This document shows, one piece after another, positions 29,526 to 40,980 of a DNA stretch of 64,000 nt. The translations under genes were made by a program, and so were the position numbers. Origin of the DNA: Tubiluchus corallicola (taxonomy: Eukaryota > Animalia > Priapulida). The DNA is taken from positions 1 to 64,000 of the forward strand of contig JAQGDQ010000450.1 in NCBI GenBank assembly GCA_030141605.1. The letters are read 5' to 3'. Under the pieces are notes generated by a model. The model saw only the letters and a list, made by a program, of their open reading frames with translations. It was not told the origin of the DNA and ran no database searches. Numbering within the stretch: the first letter of the stretch is position 1; each line of letters opens with the position of its first letter.

Positions 29526-32500
29526 GTATGTATATAGCTTTTGATTTATGTTTTTGTTTTTAAAAATCCATTTTGTAAATATTTTGTTTCGTATACATTA
29601 ATGAAATTTGACAATGGATCTTTGTAAGCCTTGAAAGCATTATTGTTCTTATAGGTTAAATTAATACTGTACAAAGAAATTTAGAGGATATTTTTTGCAT
29701 ACTATATGAAGAATTTCACTATAATGTGTTGGTTTTCTAGCCTCCGACTGACGTTGATTTTCGCATCATGTCAACATTCACGGAGTTCTACACCACCATG
29801 CTGGGTTTCGTTAACTTTCGTTTATATCAAACCTTGGGACTGCATTACCCGCCTGAACTCACAGTTCACACGACTAAGCATCGTACACAAGAGGGCGACA
29901 CCTGGTGTGATGAAGAAGAAGTAGCAAATGAGGTAACGGAATGCTAGCTGATGTAGTTCGTGTTAAAAGAGAACATTTGACAAATGCACATATTTCCAAG
30001 AACTCGCGTTATACATTTTACCCTTATTTGCTGTTAACTTTTTAGTTCTTACAGATATTTTCTGGAAAGCTATGATTAGCTATGAATATTTTCTGACTAT
30101 GTTAATTGCAAGTTTATATCAACTGCCATTTTTCTTGATAGCTATGTTAAGCCTTTACTACAGATAGTTTTCACGCTCCAGGTACATGAAAGAAAAAGCC
30201 TTACTGTATCGTTTTTTGGTGAATGTAGCAGTTCTTACATTACACTTTTGTTAAGTTTCCTATACTGGTATTGCTGTATAATTCAATTCAATTCAATTCG
30301 TTTATTAACTCCGCAACAATTATCAAAATACAGTATTAGGAATACATGCAATATTATGTAACAAAGGAGAAGGCCAGCGAAGAACCCGTTGGTTATCTAG
30401 TCAGCCAACCTTAAATAGCTAGGATTAAATAGAATTAATTTTGGCACCGTTTTCAATTTAAATTTGAATTCTGTTGACGTGTGTATTTGGCAATTAAATG
30501 ATGGGAAACGCAATATTGTAGAACAGGGGTGTGCAAATTATCTGACTAGCCGGGCCACATAAAACTTTCCCGCAATTCCTGCGGGCCACATGCAGTTTGG
30601 TCAAGAAGCCAAGTACAGAAAGGCCTAATAACGATTTTTTTGCATCCGATTTGTGCACATCATTACTACTACACCCAAGAAACTATTTTAGAAGTTATTA
30701 AAATTTATATTAAAAACCATATATTTCGTCATGTGCGACAGCGACATTAAGTGACAACGGTCTTATAAGGGTTAATGCCATCCAATCTAGAGCAAAAAAC
30801 TACCCGGACTATCTTTGCGATATTGGGGCAGACTTCAGCTGGTCGCGTGGGCCGCACTTTCATTACGTTGACAAACCTCATCGCGGGCCGCACAAGATCT
30901 CTCAGCAAGCCGCAGTTTGCACACCCCTGCTGTAGAACATTATAATTTATATAACCAAAAATTTAGAATTCTAAAATACTGTGAATATGCGAAGCAAACA
31001 AAATAAAAGTAACTGAAGATTTTTAACATAACAGAAAATGGATAATGTGAGCATTAACTAAAAGCATGTGTATGGATTAAATTATGGGACAAATTTACGT
31101 TTTTATGCTCATACTATATATTACTTAAAGGACAAGAAGAGAGGTACCTAAAGTAGGTTTCAGAAAAGTCGCCTTAAAAAGTTATAGTACTTTACAGCAA
31201 TTTTATGCCTATATCGTACTCGCGTTGAACGGAATTTTTGTTTGTTTTTATTTTAAATCTCCCGCGTTACTGTTCCGAAGTCGCCATTACATGACGTCAC
31301 CACGCAAACGTAAATCAGGGAAGGCAATGTTAAATTATGTCCAAAAAACTTTTCGTGCAAATCTATATTACTTAGCATTTCGCTTACCTACTGGAAAGAC
31401 TTATGTAACTAGAAATAATAATTTAAAATGTACGTGCTATTTGGAAAAATGTCGCTGGTCACCCTCCAGGGTGACAAGATGCAGTAATTTAAAATTTTAT
31501 TTAGTTAGTAACGTGTATGCTACAAATGCTCTGATTATTTTTTCAAACTTTACTCAATGTTATCAAAACTTGTTTCAAATGACCTACCATTAAAATGGCT
31601 GTGCCTAACGGTCATCGCGGCAGTTTAAATTTACAAGTTTTATACTGCCGACGCAAGCCATGCATACGAAAAGGTAGTATGTAAGTGGTATAAAATTTCA
31701 AGACGAATTTTTTAAGCTTTATGTAAATGGAGGGTTTTCTTGTGCTTTAACTGGGCCTGTTAGGTTCTACATAAAACTATTTTGGTAACAGCAGTAAATT
31801 GAAAAACTGTGTAATAGAAAAAAAGAAAATGATTTTTATTTCTTTTCTCTGTTTTCATGTATTAAAATGATATTATCTTAAACCTCAAAACAAGGTGCTG
31901 TACCTCTCAGTTCAGTTCACTAATACTGCTGCTGCTACTACTACTATGCAGGTCTACTTAAGTATATACTAAAGACATATAAATGATTGTACAGGTAAAA
32001 ATAAACCTCGAAACAAGGTGCTGTACCTCTCAGTTCAGTTTACTAATACTGCTGCTGCTACTACTACTATGCAGGTCTACTTAAGTATGTACTAAAGACA
32101 TATAAATGATTGTACAGGTAAAAATAAACCTCGAAACAAGGTGCTGTACCTCTCAGTTCAGTTCACTACTACTGCTGCTGCTACTACTACTATGCAGGTC
32201 TACTTAAGTATATACTAAAGACATATAAATGATTGAGAGGTAAAAATAAACCTCAAAACAAGGTGCTGTACCTCTCAGTTCAGTTCACTACTACTGCTGC
32301 TGCATCTACTACTATGCAGGTCTACTTAAGTATGTACTAAAGACATATAAATGATTGTAGAGGTAAAAATAACCTCGAAACAGACCCCATTGTCTTAGTT
32401 AATATTTTAATGAATGCAGTTGATTGACTAAAATTGTGTCAAAACACGGACAAACTGAAACGTTCATTGTAGAGCTGCAGCAGTCGATTTGCGCTGCTGC

Positions 32501-34973
32501 CCCCTGTTGATAAGATTCTGTATCGCATACGCATGCTTTCATGTCATCCGTAAGCAGTTATTTTTTGTGTTTTAGAGGATCGCCGTTTTGAACCACGAAC
32601 TTTCGTCGCACTCCTCACGACAGGAAGAGGAGGAAACTTTGCCGGATGAGTTTCCAAGCGTAAGTTCCTCTTTCGAGCTATTTTATTTTATTTTTTGTAG
32701 TAATAGTTAGGCTGTTATTTATATATGTTTGAAGGTCTTACTGCTCAGTTAACACGTATGTATATTAATACTCAGTATATATGTATGCAAAAAGTTAGCA
32801 CAGTAAATATATATTGTTCATGTAATGTAAGTTATGTTCATGTATTGTAATGTAATGTAATGATGATCATTGTTAACACACATCTAGAGCCTCCTTTTGT
32901 AATCAAAGATAGCTTCATCGGTAAGGATGATCATGTATGCACTTTACTAAAGATTCATCTCAAAATGTGCACTAGTTATGATTGTCTGTTTTTTAACTCT
33001 TTATGAAATTTAAGTTTTTAACACACCGAAAAATGCAACATTGTGTTGTACTAAAACTAGGCAAGCTTCAAGATAAAAATTCAAATTTACTGCTCTGTTC
33101 ACGCATGAGCTGTTGAACGTGTGCAGTTCGTCAGAAACTAACACATCTCAACTGATAGGTACAGCACCTGTTTTTTGTGCAATGCGTTTCCGAAATGCAG
33201 GTGCTAGTGCCTGTCTAACTAGCGAATGGCGAAATACATGTAGCAGTGAAGAACTAGTGGCGCGAAAGTGAAATTGTGTTTGTGTGGTAATAATTCTTTC
33301 ACGTAGTCTTTTTTGAAAAAGTAGTATGTTTCCTTTCAATATTTTAAAGAATAGATTGTTCTAGACTGTTAAGACTCTCTCTTAAGACAACTCTTAAGAA
33401 TAGACCCATAAGATTGGATCCGGTTTTGCTTTAAGGCCTTTGTGTTAGTTTGAGTTTCGTCCACCAGAGTGAGCTTGATCTTGTCTTTCTATGCTCTTGC
33501 CCTTGCTTTCTTTCATTGTTACACCTGTTTTCAAGTAATGTTGTGTTTTAGTAAATTAAGTAATGTAGTAATTTAAGCGATACAAATGAATACACTGATA
33601 TGCTGTATCTGTACGTTCTCGTCTTATCTGTGAAGTTACTGTTTTTAGGAAGACGACTCTGATCAAGTGGAGAAAGCCAAGAAAGATGCTGAGGAAGTTC
33701 GGAAACTACAGAAGCTGTTCAAAGGACTAAAGTTTTATCTCGGACGCGAGGTCCCACGCGAATCGCTCATCTTCGTGATCAGGCGAGTGTTGGGTGTCCT
33801 TGAAGTTGGCTTGTAACTGAGCTGTACTTGTACTTGTACTAGTATTGAGCTGTACTTGTACTTGAACTGAGCTGTGTTTTACGTAATGTAGAATAATTCT
33901 TCATTTAAATGCTTGTGATGTATTAGCTGACCACTTCTTGAAGCAAAATTTGCAGCTGTGTATTATTATATATATATGTGTACTTGCAAACCAAAATCGT
34001 CCATAAGTCGTCATAGTTAAAACTACATTATGATGCTTCTAAGTAGGATGCACCAAATATTTAGTCAAATTTTGCAAATTGCAATATGAAATGCATTTGC
34101 TTACTTTAGATAAATTAAAAATCGATTTTTTCGACGAAAAATTGAAAAAAAGCTTGCAACAACTGCAGTGTTTGCTCTGTAACAATGTACAGTATCACTT
34201 GTGTGAAATCGATTAATGCAGAAAATTTCAACTACCCAGACACAACACTCTGGTACACTTTGGCCTCAAGTCTGCACTATTTTTAAGGAGAAATTCCTGT
34301 TAAAAGATGAAACAGTTGGCTGATCGGTTAGTTTTTCCTGGAATAGCAGCACAACACTACACAGCTTGGACTGTACCAAGCAGGCAATCAATAAAATAGT
34401 GTGTACTATCACGCAAGTGTACACCAGACTAAGCTACTCAATAGGCTAAGTTGGAGTGTCTGAAAAGGGCATGTTTTTCTTAATTTTATTAAATTAAATC
34501 GCTTATAAATGCCTAAACAAATAGCATGATTGAATAGCCAAGATTGTCCTGAATAGAACAGTACCTGATTTGAATCATTTAGTTATGTCTGTTCTCATAC
34601 AGTAGCAGAAAAGTCACAGGTCTTATAAGACTTGAATGGCGCGGCCCTGAAAGAGTTTAATTAATATAAAACTTCTACTCTTTGAGACAAAACTTAAATT
34701 TCAAATAAATATGCTTATACTCACTTCTATTCTGCATTAATGTTCACGCTAACGTAATTTGCAACATTGAAAGTTGTTTTGGGGATTTTCAGGATTGCAC
34801 CTTTTGCTCGATGTGGCTGTCAATTTTGTTCTTTCTTCGTTTAGGTCATTTGGTGGCGAGGTATCGTGGGACAAGTCGTCGTGCATAGGCGCTACATACG
34901 ATGAGACAGATGAGAGTATAACGCATCAAATTATCGACCGCCCTAGTGTAGCAGGAAAACAATATTTATCTAG
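16065..34973 (+). CDS. PES1: Pescadillo homolog (PeBoW ribosome biogenesis factor), exons 1-10
   Basis: join(16065-16085,20251-20330,21015-21168,22406-22515,26272-26443,27215-27304,29741-29932,32576-32659,33649-33782,34845-34973). Frame is consistent throughout: [48 protein letters not shown]...[12 protein letters not shown]...[13 protein letters not shown]...[14 protein letters not shown]...[32 protein letters not shown]. Confidence 0.97.
17328..18976. repeat. 47-bp minisatellite, ~35 near-identical copies (PES1 intron 1)
   Basis: Unit acagagtgtagagcatgctcgttggagttgctgagaaagaggagatc. Confidence 0.98.
19037..19527. mobile_element. hAT-like MITE (inverted relative at 48355-48837)
   Basis: TIRs tagtgttgggc / gcccatcacta. 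Confidence 0.7.
19762..20183 (+). mobile_element. 5'-truncated L2/CR1-type LINE 3' end with short (CTTAT)n tail
   Basis: Encodes [18 protein letters not shown]; same family as 35816-36790 and 39376-40980. Confidence 0.85.
20251..20330 (+). CDS. PES1: PES1 exon 2
   Basis: tttcag|GGA...TTTCG|gtac; [27 protein letters not shown]. Confidence 0.95.
20436..20851. mobile_element. hAT-like MITE
   Basis: TIRs caggggtgtgcaaa / tttgcacacccctg; 8-bp TSD atttatca; second copy at 30524-30929. Confidence 0.9.
21015..21168 (+). CDS. PES1: PES1 exon 3
   Basis: [51 protein letters not shown]; AG/GT flanks. Confidence 0.95.
21565..22135. mobile_element. interspersed repeat (direct copy at ~34085-34650)
   Basis: Long co-linear similarity from gaaatgcatttgctta to aatggygcggccctgaa. 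Confidence 0.7.
22406..22515 (+). CDS. PES1: PES1 exon 4
   Basis: [37 protein letters not shown]. Confidence 0.95.
23157..23489. mobile_element. pogo/Tigger-like MITE
   Basis: TIRs cagtcgaccctcgttaaaccggac / gtccggtttaacgagggttggctg followed by TA. Confidence 0.8.
23656..23930. repeat. ~135-bp diverged tandem duplication
   Basis: gccctgcatgaccc...gatacgtatcagagcc occurs twice. Confidence 0.85.
23945..24718. repeat. 46-bp minisatellite, ~17 copies (some 44-bp variants)
   Basis: Unit taagaattttcagacagaaatatttaaaaacttcataccatgttcg. Confidence 0.97.
24775..25181. mobile_element. hAT-like MITE
   Basis: cagggtttgcac ... gtgggaccctg termini with ggaaa subterminal repeats. Confidence 0.55.
25548..26133. 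repeat. 15-bp degenerate tandem repeat (gtagtgaaagccggc)n
   Basis: Directly visible; gives spurious VVKAG-repeat ORFs with a frameshift. Confidence 0.92.
26272..26443 (+). CDS. PES1: PES1 exon 5
   Basis: [57 protein letters not shown]. Confidence 0.95.
26662..27048. repeat. 24-bp minisatellite, ~16 copies
   Basis: Unit taaactgccgtaacttaaggcacg. Confidence 0.97.
27215..27304 (+). CDS. PES1: PES1 exon 6
   Basis: [30 protein letters not shown]. Confidence 0.95.
27331..27605 (-). mobile_element. tRNA-derived SINE (same family as 507-1070)
   Basis: Reverse complement of the 507-750 element with an (AAT)n tail. Confidence 0.85.
29223..29523. repeat. (CT)n microsatellite
   Basis: Directly visible. 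Confidence 0.97.
29741..29932 (+). CDS. PES1: PES1 exon 7
   Basis: [38 protein letters not shown]...EEEVANE. Confidence 0.95.
30524..30929. mobile_element. hAT-like MITE (copy of 20436-20851)
   Basis: Same TIRs; TSD ttgtagaa/ctgtagaa. Confidence 0.9.
31880..32381. repeat. ~123-bp tandem repeat, ~4 copies
   Basis: Unit starts aaacctcraaacaaggtgctgtacctctcagttcag. Confidence 0.95.
32576..32659 (+). CDS. PES1: PES1 exon 8
   Basis: ttttag|AGG ATC GCC...CCA AGC|gtaagt; [28 protein letters not shown]. Confidence 0.85.
33649..33782 (+). CDS. PES1: PES1 exon 9 (start of BRCT; GC donor)
   Basis: [12 protein letters not shown]...[24 protein letters not shown]; donor AG|GCGAGT. Confidence 0.92.
34845..34973 (+). 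CDS. PES1: PES1 exon 10 (BRCT)
   Basis: [43 protein letters not shown]; phase-2 donor AG|GTATGT. Confidence 0.95.
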
Positions 34974-35815
34974 GTATGTGGTGCTGTTTCGTACTAGTGA
35001 TTAGCATAGTTATGCTTATGGCAGAATCTAGCGGTAAAACGTAATTTAATGAAAGACAGGATGATTTTTCATATACTACCTCATTTTCAAGTCCGATAAA
35101 AAGTATACATTTTAACACATCTAAACTAGAAAAGCGTTTCTGATAATTAATTAATAGATTTGAAACTTAATTAACGGTGCGCGAGCTCAGCTATTGATGA
35201 CATCACAAACTAACATGACTTTTATCAGCAAAAATATTCCACGAGTGTGTTTCATGTGTTTGCAAAAGTGAAAATTGAAGTACAGTGCTATTGTAAGATA
35301 TTCAGCGTTTTGTACTAAAACTAGGCAAGTTTGAAGATAAAAATTCAAATTTCAAATTTAGCTTTCAACTGAGCTGTCACATGTGTGTAGTTCGTCACAA
35401 ACTAACACATGTGAACTGTTAGGTACAGCACACCTACTTTTTGTACAATACGTTTTCGAAATGCAGGCGCTAATGCCCGTTAAACTAGCGAATGGCAAAA
35501 TGCATGTAACAGCTAAGAACTAGTGGCGCAAATGCGAAATTGTGTTCGTGTGGTAATAATTCTTTCACGTAAGTCATTTCCGAAAAAATAGCATGTTTCC
35601 TTTCAAAATTTTAAAGAGTAGATTGTTTTAGCCTATAGACTAAAACAGTTGGGTCCGGTGTTACTTCAAGTAGAAGAAAAATTTGCCAAAGAAACCCATT
35701 TTATCAAAGATACTATCATGGCAAAAGGCTTAAATGATATCAATTTACTTTAAAATTTAGGTTTAGTATTTAAACATAGCTGAACTGACTTTTTGTTACG
35801 ACTTGCAATAATATT

Positions 35816-36790
35816 GCATCCAAAAGATTTAAGAAGTACATATTATTACCATGTTATCGCTCATATACATTATGTTTCATATCGGTTTACGTGCTTTAAG
35901 CTCATGTTTCTACAAATATGTACTGTTTTATATCATACCGATGAAAATAAATATCTTATCTTATCTTATCTTATCTTATCTTATCTTATCTTATCTTATC
36001 TTATCTTATCTTATCTTATCTTATCTTATCTTATCTTATCTTATCTTATCTTATCTTATCTTATCTTATCTTATCTTATCTTACCTTACCTTACCTTACC
36101 TTACCTTACCTTACCTTACCTTACCTTACCTTACCTTACCTTACCTTACCTTACCTTACCTTACCTTACCTTACCTTACCTTACCTTACCTTACCTTACC
36201 TTACCTTACCTTACCTTACCTTACCTTACCTTACCTTACCTTACCTTACCTTACCTTACCTTACCTTACCTTACCTTACCTTACCTTACCTTGCCTTACC
36301 TTACCTTACCTTACCTTACCTTACCTTACCTTACCTTACCTTACCTTACCTTACCTTACCTTACCTTACCTTACCTTACCTTACCTTACCTTACCTTACC
36401 TTACCTTACCTTACCTTACCTTACCTTACCTTACCTTACCTTACCTTACCTTACCTTACCTTACCTTACCTTACCTTACCTTACCTTACCTTACCTTACC
36501 TTACCTTACCTTACCTTACCTTACCTTACCTTACCTTATCTTACCTTACCTTACCTTACCTTACCTTACCTTACCTTACCTTATCTTATCTTACCTTACC
36601 TTACCTTACCTTACCTTACCTTACTTTCTTACCTTACCTTACCTTACCTTACCTTACCTTACCTTACCTTACCTTACCTTACCTTACCTTACCTTACCTT
36701 ACCTTACCTTACCTTACCTTACCTTATCTTATCTTACCTTAACTTACCTTACCTCACCTTAAACTTAACTTACTTACTTACATTAATCTT
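35816..36790 (+). mobile_element. LINE 3' end with expanded (CTTAT)n/(CTTAC)n tail
   Basis: 35816-35955 matches the LINE 3'UTR at 20040-20175; the pentamer tail is ~800 bp. Confidence 0.88.
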
Positions 36791-36860
36791 ACTCCTTTCT
36801 TAATGGTGCCCTATTTTATAGTTTAAGCAAGTAGGAATAACACTAAGATTTGTGGAATTA

Positions 36861-37343
36861 CCGTATTTTCCCGTGTATAAGAGACCCTTTTTTGCTCAGA
36901 ATTTTCACTTTAAAAATAGGGGGTCTCTTATACATGGGAGTAAGTCTCTTCAATAAGATGCATAAATTGTGACACTAATGATTTTAAAGAAATAAGTGCT
37001 CTACAACTGTTTTATTTCGAATAATTATAGTTTCCTTTCAATAAATCTTCTCCATGGCTAGAGGTCATTATTAAATCTTTCAAGAAGTGTGGCATCTCCA
37101 ATGCCATGGACGGCACAGAGGACAATGCCATTTTTGAGCAGAGTGACTCCTCTGATGATGAACTGGCTGGAATTGCTGAAGGTCTGACTCCAGTTGATAT
37201 TTTTGATGAGAGTGATGAGGAATTTAATGATTTCTATGATGAATAAAGTTATTCATTACCAAAAAACTTTTTTCCAGAATTTTTGCCTAAAAATTGAAGG
37301 GGTCTCTTATACACAAGGGTCTCTTATACATGGGAAAATACGG
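36861..37343 (+). mobile_element. internally deleted pogo-family DNA transposon
   Basis: TA-flanked TIRs ccgtattttcccgtgtataagagaccc / gggtctcttatacatgggaaaatacgg; retains a pogo-type transposase C-terminus IIKSFKKCGISNAMDGTEDNAIF followed by an acidic tail. Confidence 0.88.
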
Positions 37344-38612
37344 TAGTTGCGACACAAACGCTTTCTGTTTTTTTCTAAATCAGTATGTTATGTTATGTTA
37401 TGTTACGTTACGTTATGTTTTTGAATCACTATAGAAAAATTACCCCCATAAATTGGTCTTGGGGAAAACACTTTAGGGCAGGTTAAAATTTAGGACCAGA
37501 TGAGCGCCTCAAAATGTACAAATCTGTGCATGGCAAGGACGAGGGCAGGGATGAGAATGACAAATTGCAAAAAAACTCTGAAAAAGGCCGGGGATTTGGG
37601 GGCCGCGTAGGCCCCCATCGGGGTTCAAGCAACAAATTGCAATTTTGTGACCAGAGAGAGCCTCTAAGTGGACTTAAAATATCAATTACCTTGTTTCATG
37701 CATAATTTAAAATACCCAACTATCAAGGATACATGATACCTAATTGTCTCAAAAACGCCTAAGTACTGGCCGCTCCTGTGCAAAAGTATATAAAAACTGT
37801 CTGCAATTGATTCAAATAACTCCGCACAATTGATTCTACATTTTTATATATAGAGATATACATGTGGTTACACTGATGTACGTGATGTAAACAAAGTGAC
37901 GGCCTGCCAACTAGCGGTCAGTTTGTGAAATAATGTATTGGGTCCGTAAAAATTTTCTCAACGAATTTACGCGATTTACAAAAATGGCACTACTGGTCTT
38001 CCAAAAACTCGGAATTCCGCGTATCTGCAGAAAATTCTCATCCCTGAATTTTGACTCTGTTAGTTTTCTGCTGTGCACCATATGTTCATGTGAACAGCAG
38101 TAGAAAAAAATTTGAATAGTCCTTCAGGGTGCACTACCCTAAAAACTCTCCCGTCTTAGAATAGCCCCAAAAATGTATTTACAGATACCCTGTTTATTTT
38201 CCTCAGGCTTAGGCTACTTTTTATTTATTCTACAAGTTTATTTATCCTACGAGTATACAATGCACGACTCTCAACATAGTTATATAAAATTCCAGGATCA
38301 CTAGTTACTTATAGAGTGGTGCAGTAGTTGGGCACGGGACGTTTTGTGAAAACACGCCCCAAAACCCATGTTAACTTAGACACACCTGGAATATTTCTGG
38401 AATACCACAAAACATAATGATTCAGTAAAAACAAAAAGCAAAAAATTCTCAAGAAAAGATGTCTATTCACCTGCCTACTCGCCTGTTTATTGACTTGTTC
38501 CGATAACAGCTGAGATTTTACCTTGATGGTTACATGTGTAAACAGAGCTTACTACATTAACCTATGCGAGCTTTTAACAGTTTAAGTACATGATATCAAT
38601 AAGTTCACTTAC

Positions 38613-38783
38613 TATCACTAGGTTGTGTTTCTTCATTCGTTTCGTTGTCATTTCTTCCATCTAATTCAACTTCTTCGTCGCGTTCAATTTCAATGTCTTT
38701 TTTTTCTTCTTCTTCTTCGTCACTTTCAGACTCTTCATCATCCTCTGATTCAGACTCGTCAGTTTCGCTCAACCCTTTGCCCA
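38613..38783 (-). CDS. PES1: PES1 exon 12 (acidic tract), opposite strand to exons 1-10
   Basis: ttttag|TG GGC...GAT A|gtaagt; VGKGLSETDESESEDDEESESDEEEEEKKDIE...; phase matches exon 11. Confidence 0.8.
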
Positions 38784-38998
38784 CTAAAAGTAATCAGTAA
38801 TTAACTAGAATTTCTGACGAAGAATCAGTCATCACAGATTAATCAGCAATACAAATTAACATTGAAAATGGACGAATGCATTTTACATACATAAAATCTT
38901 AATACGTAAAAAGTAAATACACAAATGGCTACTATAGATAAAACTAAAATCTAAACTAAAGTTATTTAAGGTGTTATGCCTAGACTGTGTCCTACTAC

Positions 38999-39183
38999 CT
39001 GGTAAACTTCCGTCCTGTCGCTGTTGCAACAACGTGCGCTCAGGAGGCACATAATCGCCTTCTCCCTCTTCCACAAATGGAGAAAGGTGGGGAGGCAGAG
39101 AGGCTCCCGGGAAGAAGTCTTCCACGGGAAGGAGTAAACGAGCGTTAACGCTGTCGTACACCCACTGAGGCTGAACGTAGTAC
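38999..39183 (-). CDS. PES1: PES1 exon 11 (end of BRCT), opposite strand to exons 1-10
   Basis: ttgcag|G TAC TAC GTT CAG CCT CAG TGG; [48 protein letters not shown], the hallmark PES1 QPQWVFD...LPPHLSPFV...DYVPPE region. Confidence 0.95.
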
Positions 39184-39375
39184 CTGCAACGTAAGGCGAA
39201 ACAAAATCTATTTTAATAATGTACAAAGTCGTAATGAAATAACGTGCTATGATAACGCAGGACATGCACGCTACCATGTTTTGTCTTCTATAATCAATAA
39301 ATATCATGTAAGTAGTTAAAGGAATGCGAACTCATTACTACTATACTAGCTGAAAAGGTATTTTGCATTTTCCTA

Positions 39376-40980
39376 TTAAGATAAGATAAGATAAGATAAG
39401 CTAAGATAAGGTAAGGTAAGGTAAGGTAAGCTAAGATAAGGTAAGGTAAGGTAAGGTAAGATAAGATAAGGTAAGATAAGATAAGATAAGATAAGATAAG
39501 ATAAGATAAGGTAAGGTAAGGTAAGTTAAGGTAAGGTAAGGTAAGGTAAGGTAAGGTAAGGTAAGATAAGATAAGGTAAGATAAGATAAGATAAGATAAG
39601 ATAAGATAAGATAAGATAAGATAAGATAAGATAAGTTAAGATAAGATAAGATAAGATAAGATAAGATAAGATAAGATAAGATAAGATAAGATAAGATAAG
39701 ATAAGATAAGATAAATAAGATACAAATAAGATAAGATAAGATAAAAAAGATAAGATAAGCAAAAAAAAGATAAAGTAAGATAAGATAAGATAAGATAAGA
39801 TAAGATAAGACAAGATAAGATAAGGTAAGATAAGGTAAGGTAAGAAAGATAAGATAAGATAAGATAAGATAAGATAAGATAAGATAAGATAAGATAAGAT
39901 AAGCTAAGCTAAGCTAAGCTAAGCTAAGCTAAGCTAAGATAAGATAAGATAAGATAAGATAAGATAAGATAAGATAAGATAAGATAAGATAAGATAAGAT
40001 AAGATAAGATAAGATAAGATAAGATAAGATAAGATAAGATAAGATAAGATAAGATAAGATAAGATAAGATAAGATAAGATAAGATAAGATAAGATAAGAT
40101 GATATTTATTTTCATCGGTATGATATAAAACAGTACATATTTGTAAAACATGAGCTTAAAGCTCATAAACCTATATCAAACATAATGTATATGAGCGATA
40201 ACGTGGTAATAATATATGTACATAATAAAATCTTTTGGANNNNNNNNNNNNNNNNNNNNNNNNNNNNNNNNNNNNNNTACGAGAGCAGTAAAAATTTGAG
40301 ACAGTAAAATTTTAGGCAGTGACATTTTCTAAAATTTACACAAAAAGCTATCTAGGTCAATAAAAATTTTTCCTGCCAACACATTCAGCATTTAATTATG
40401 AGAAGTTCGCTGAATTTACAAATGGCACATTTACATGATACACCAGTCCATGAGTTAATTAGAGGTTTAACTTCCCCAAGATTTTCGGCCATTCGGAGAC
40501 AGTTTGGTAATTCATTCCACAATGTGGCTCCATAATAGGAGAAACTTTTCTTGCCATATGTAACACCATCATATGTAGGGTGTTCTGCAGTGTTCATTTT
40601 TCTGAGGAAGTAGCGGTTTTGCTTTTGTTCCTCTATCAGTCCATAGAGGTAGGACGGGCAGTTTTTGGACAAAATCTTGAATACTTCGATAGCAATGAGA
40701 CATTGTCTCTGAAGTTGAAGAGACACAAAATTGTCTTTAAACAATAGATTTTCGTAGGTACTTTCGAAATCATTATAAACTCTCTGAAATTCAAATGCTC
40801 TAATTTCTGGCTATTTGATTTACTACAGAAATGCCAGATTACAGGGCAGAAATTAAAATTCGACTTGACAAACGAAAGGTAGATGAGTTTTCGACATTTT
40901 ACCGACAAGTTTCGCCCAATACGGCGTAGAACATTAATCTGTTTAGCTGCTTTTTTGCACAGGGCTGAAATGTGCGGGCT
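39376..40980 (-). mobile_element. 5'-truncated, frameshifted L2/CR1-type LINE with (CTTAT)n tail
   Basis: ORF2 remnants SNFNFCPVIWHFCSK... and ...[18 protein letters not shown]...CKCAICK; tail at 39376-40100; spans the N gap. Confidence 0.88.
40240..40277. other. assembly gap (38 N)
   Basis: N run; the matching stretch in the 19762-20183 LINE copy is ~37 bp, so the gap size looks realistic. Confidence 0.99.

Noticed and set aside
35793-36803. 336-aa and 303-aa LPYLT ORFs; telomere-like repeat
   Set aside because: LINE pentamer tail; TAAGG/TAAGA is not the TTAGG(G) telomere unit.
40240-40277. N gap as the PES1 inversion breakpoint
   Set aside because: The LINE is continuous across the gap and the gap size matches another copy, so the breakpoints must lie in the microsatellite tails.
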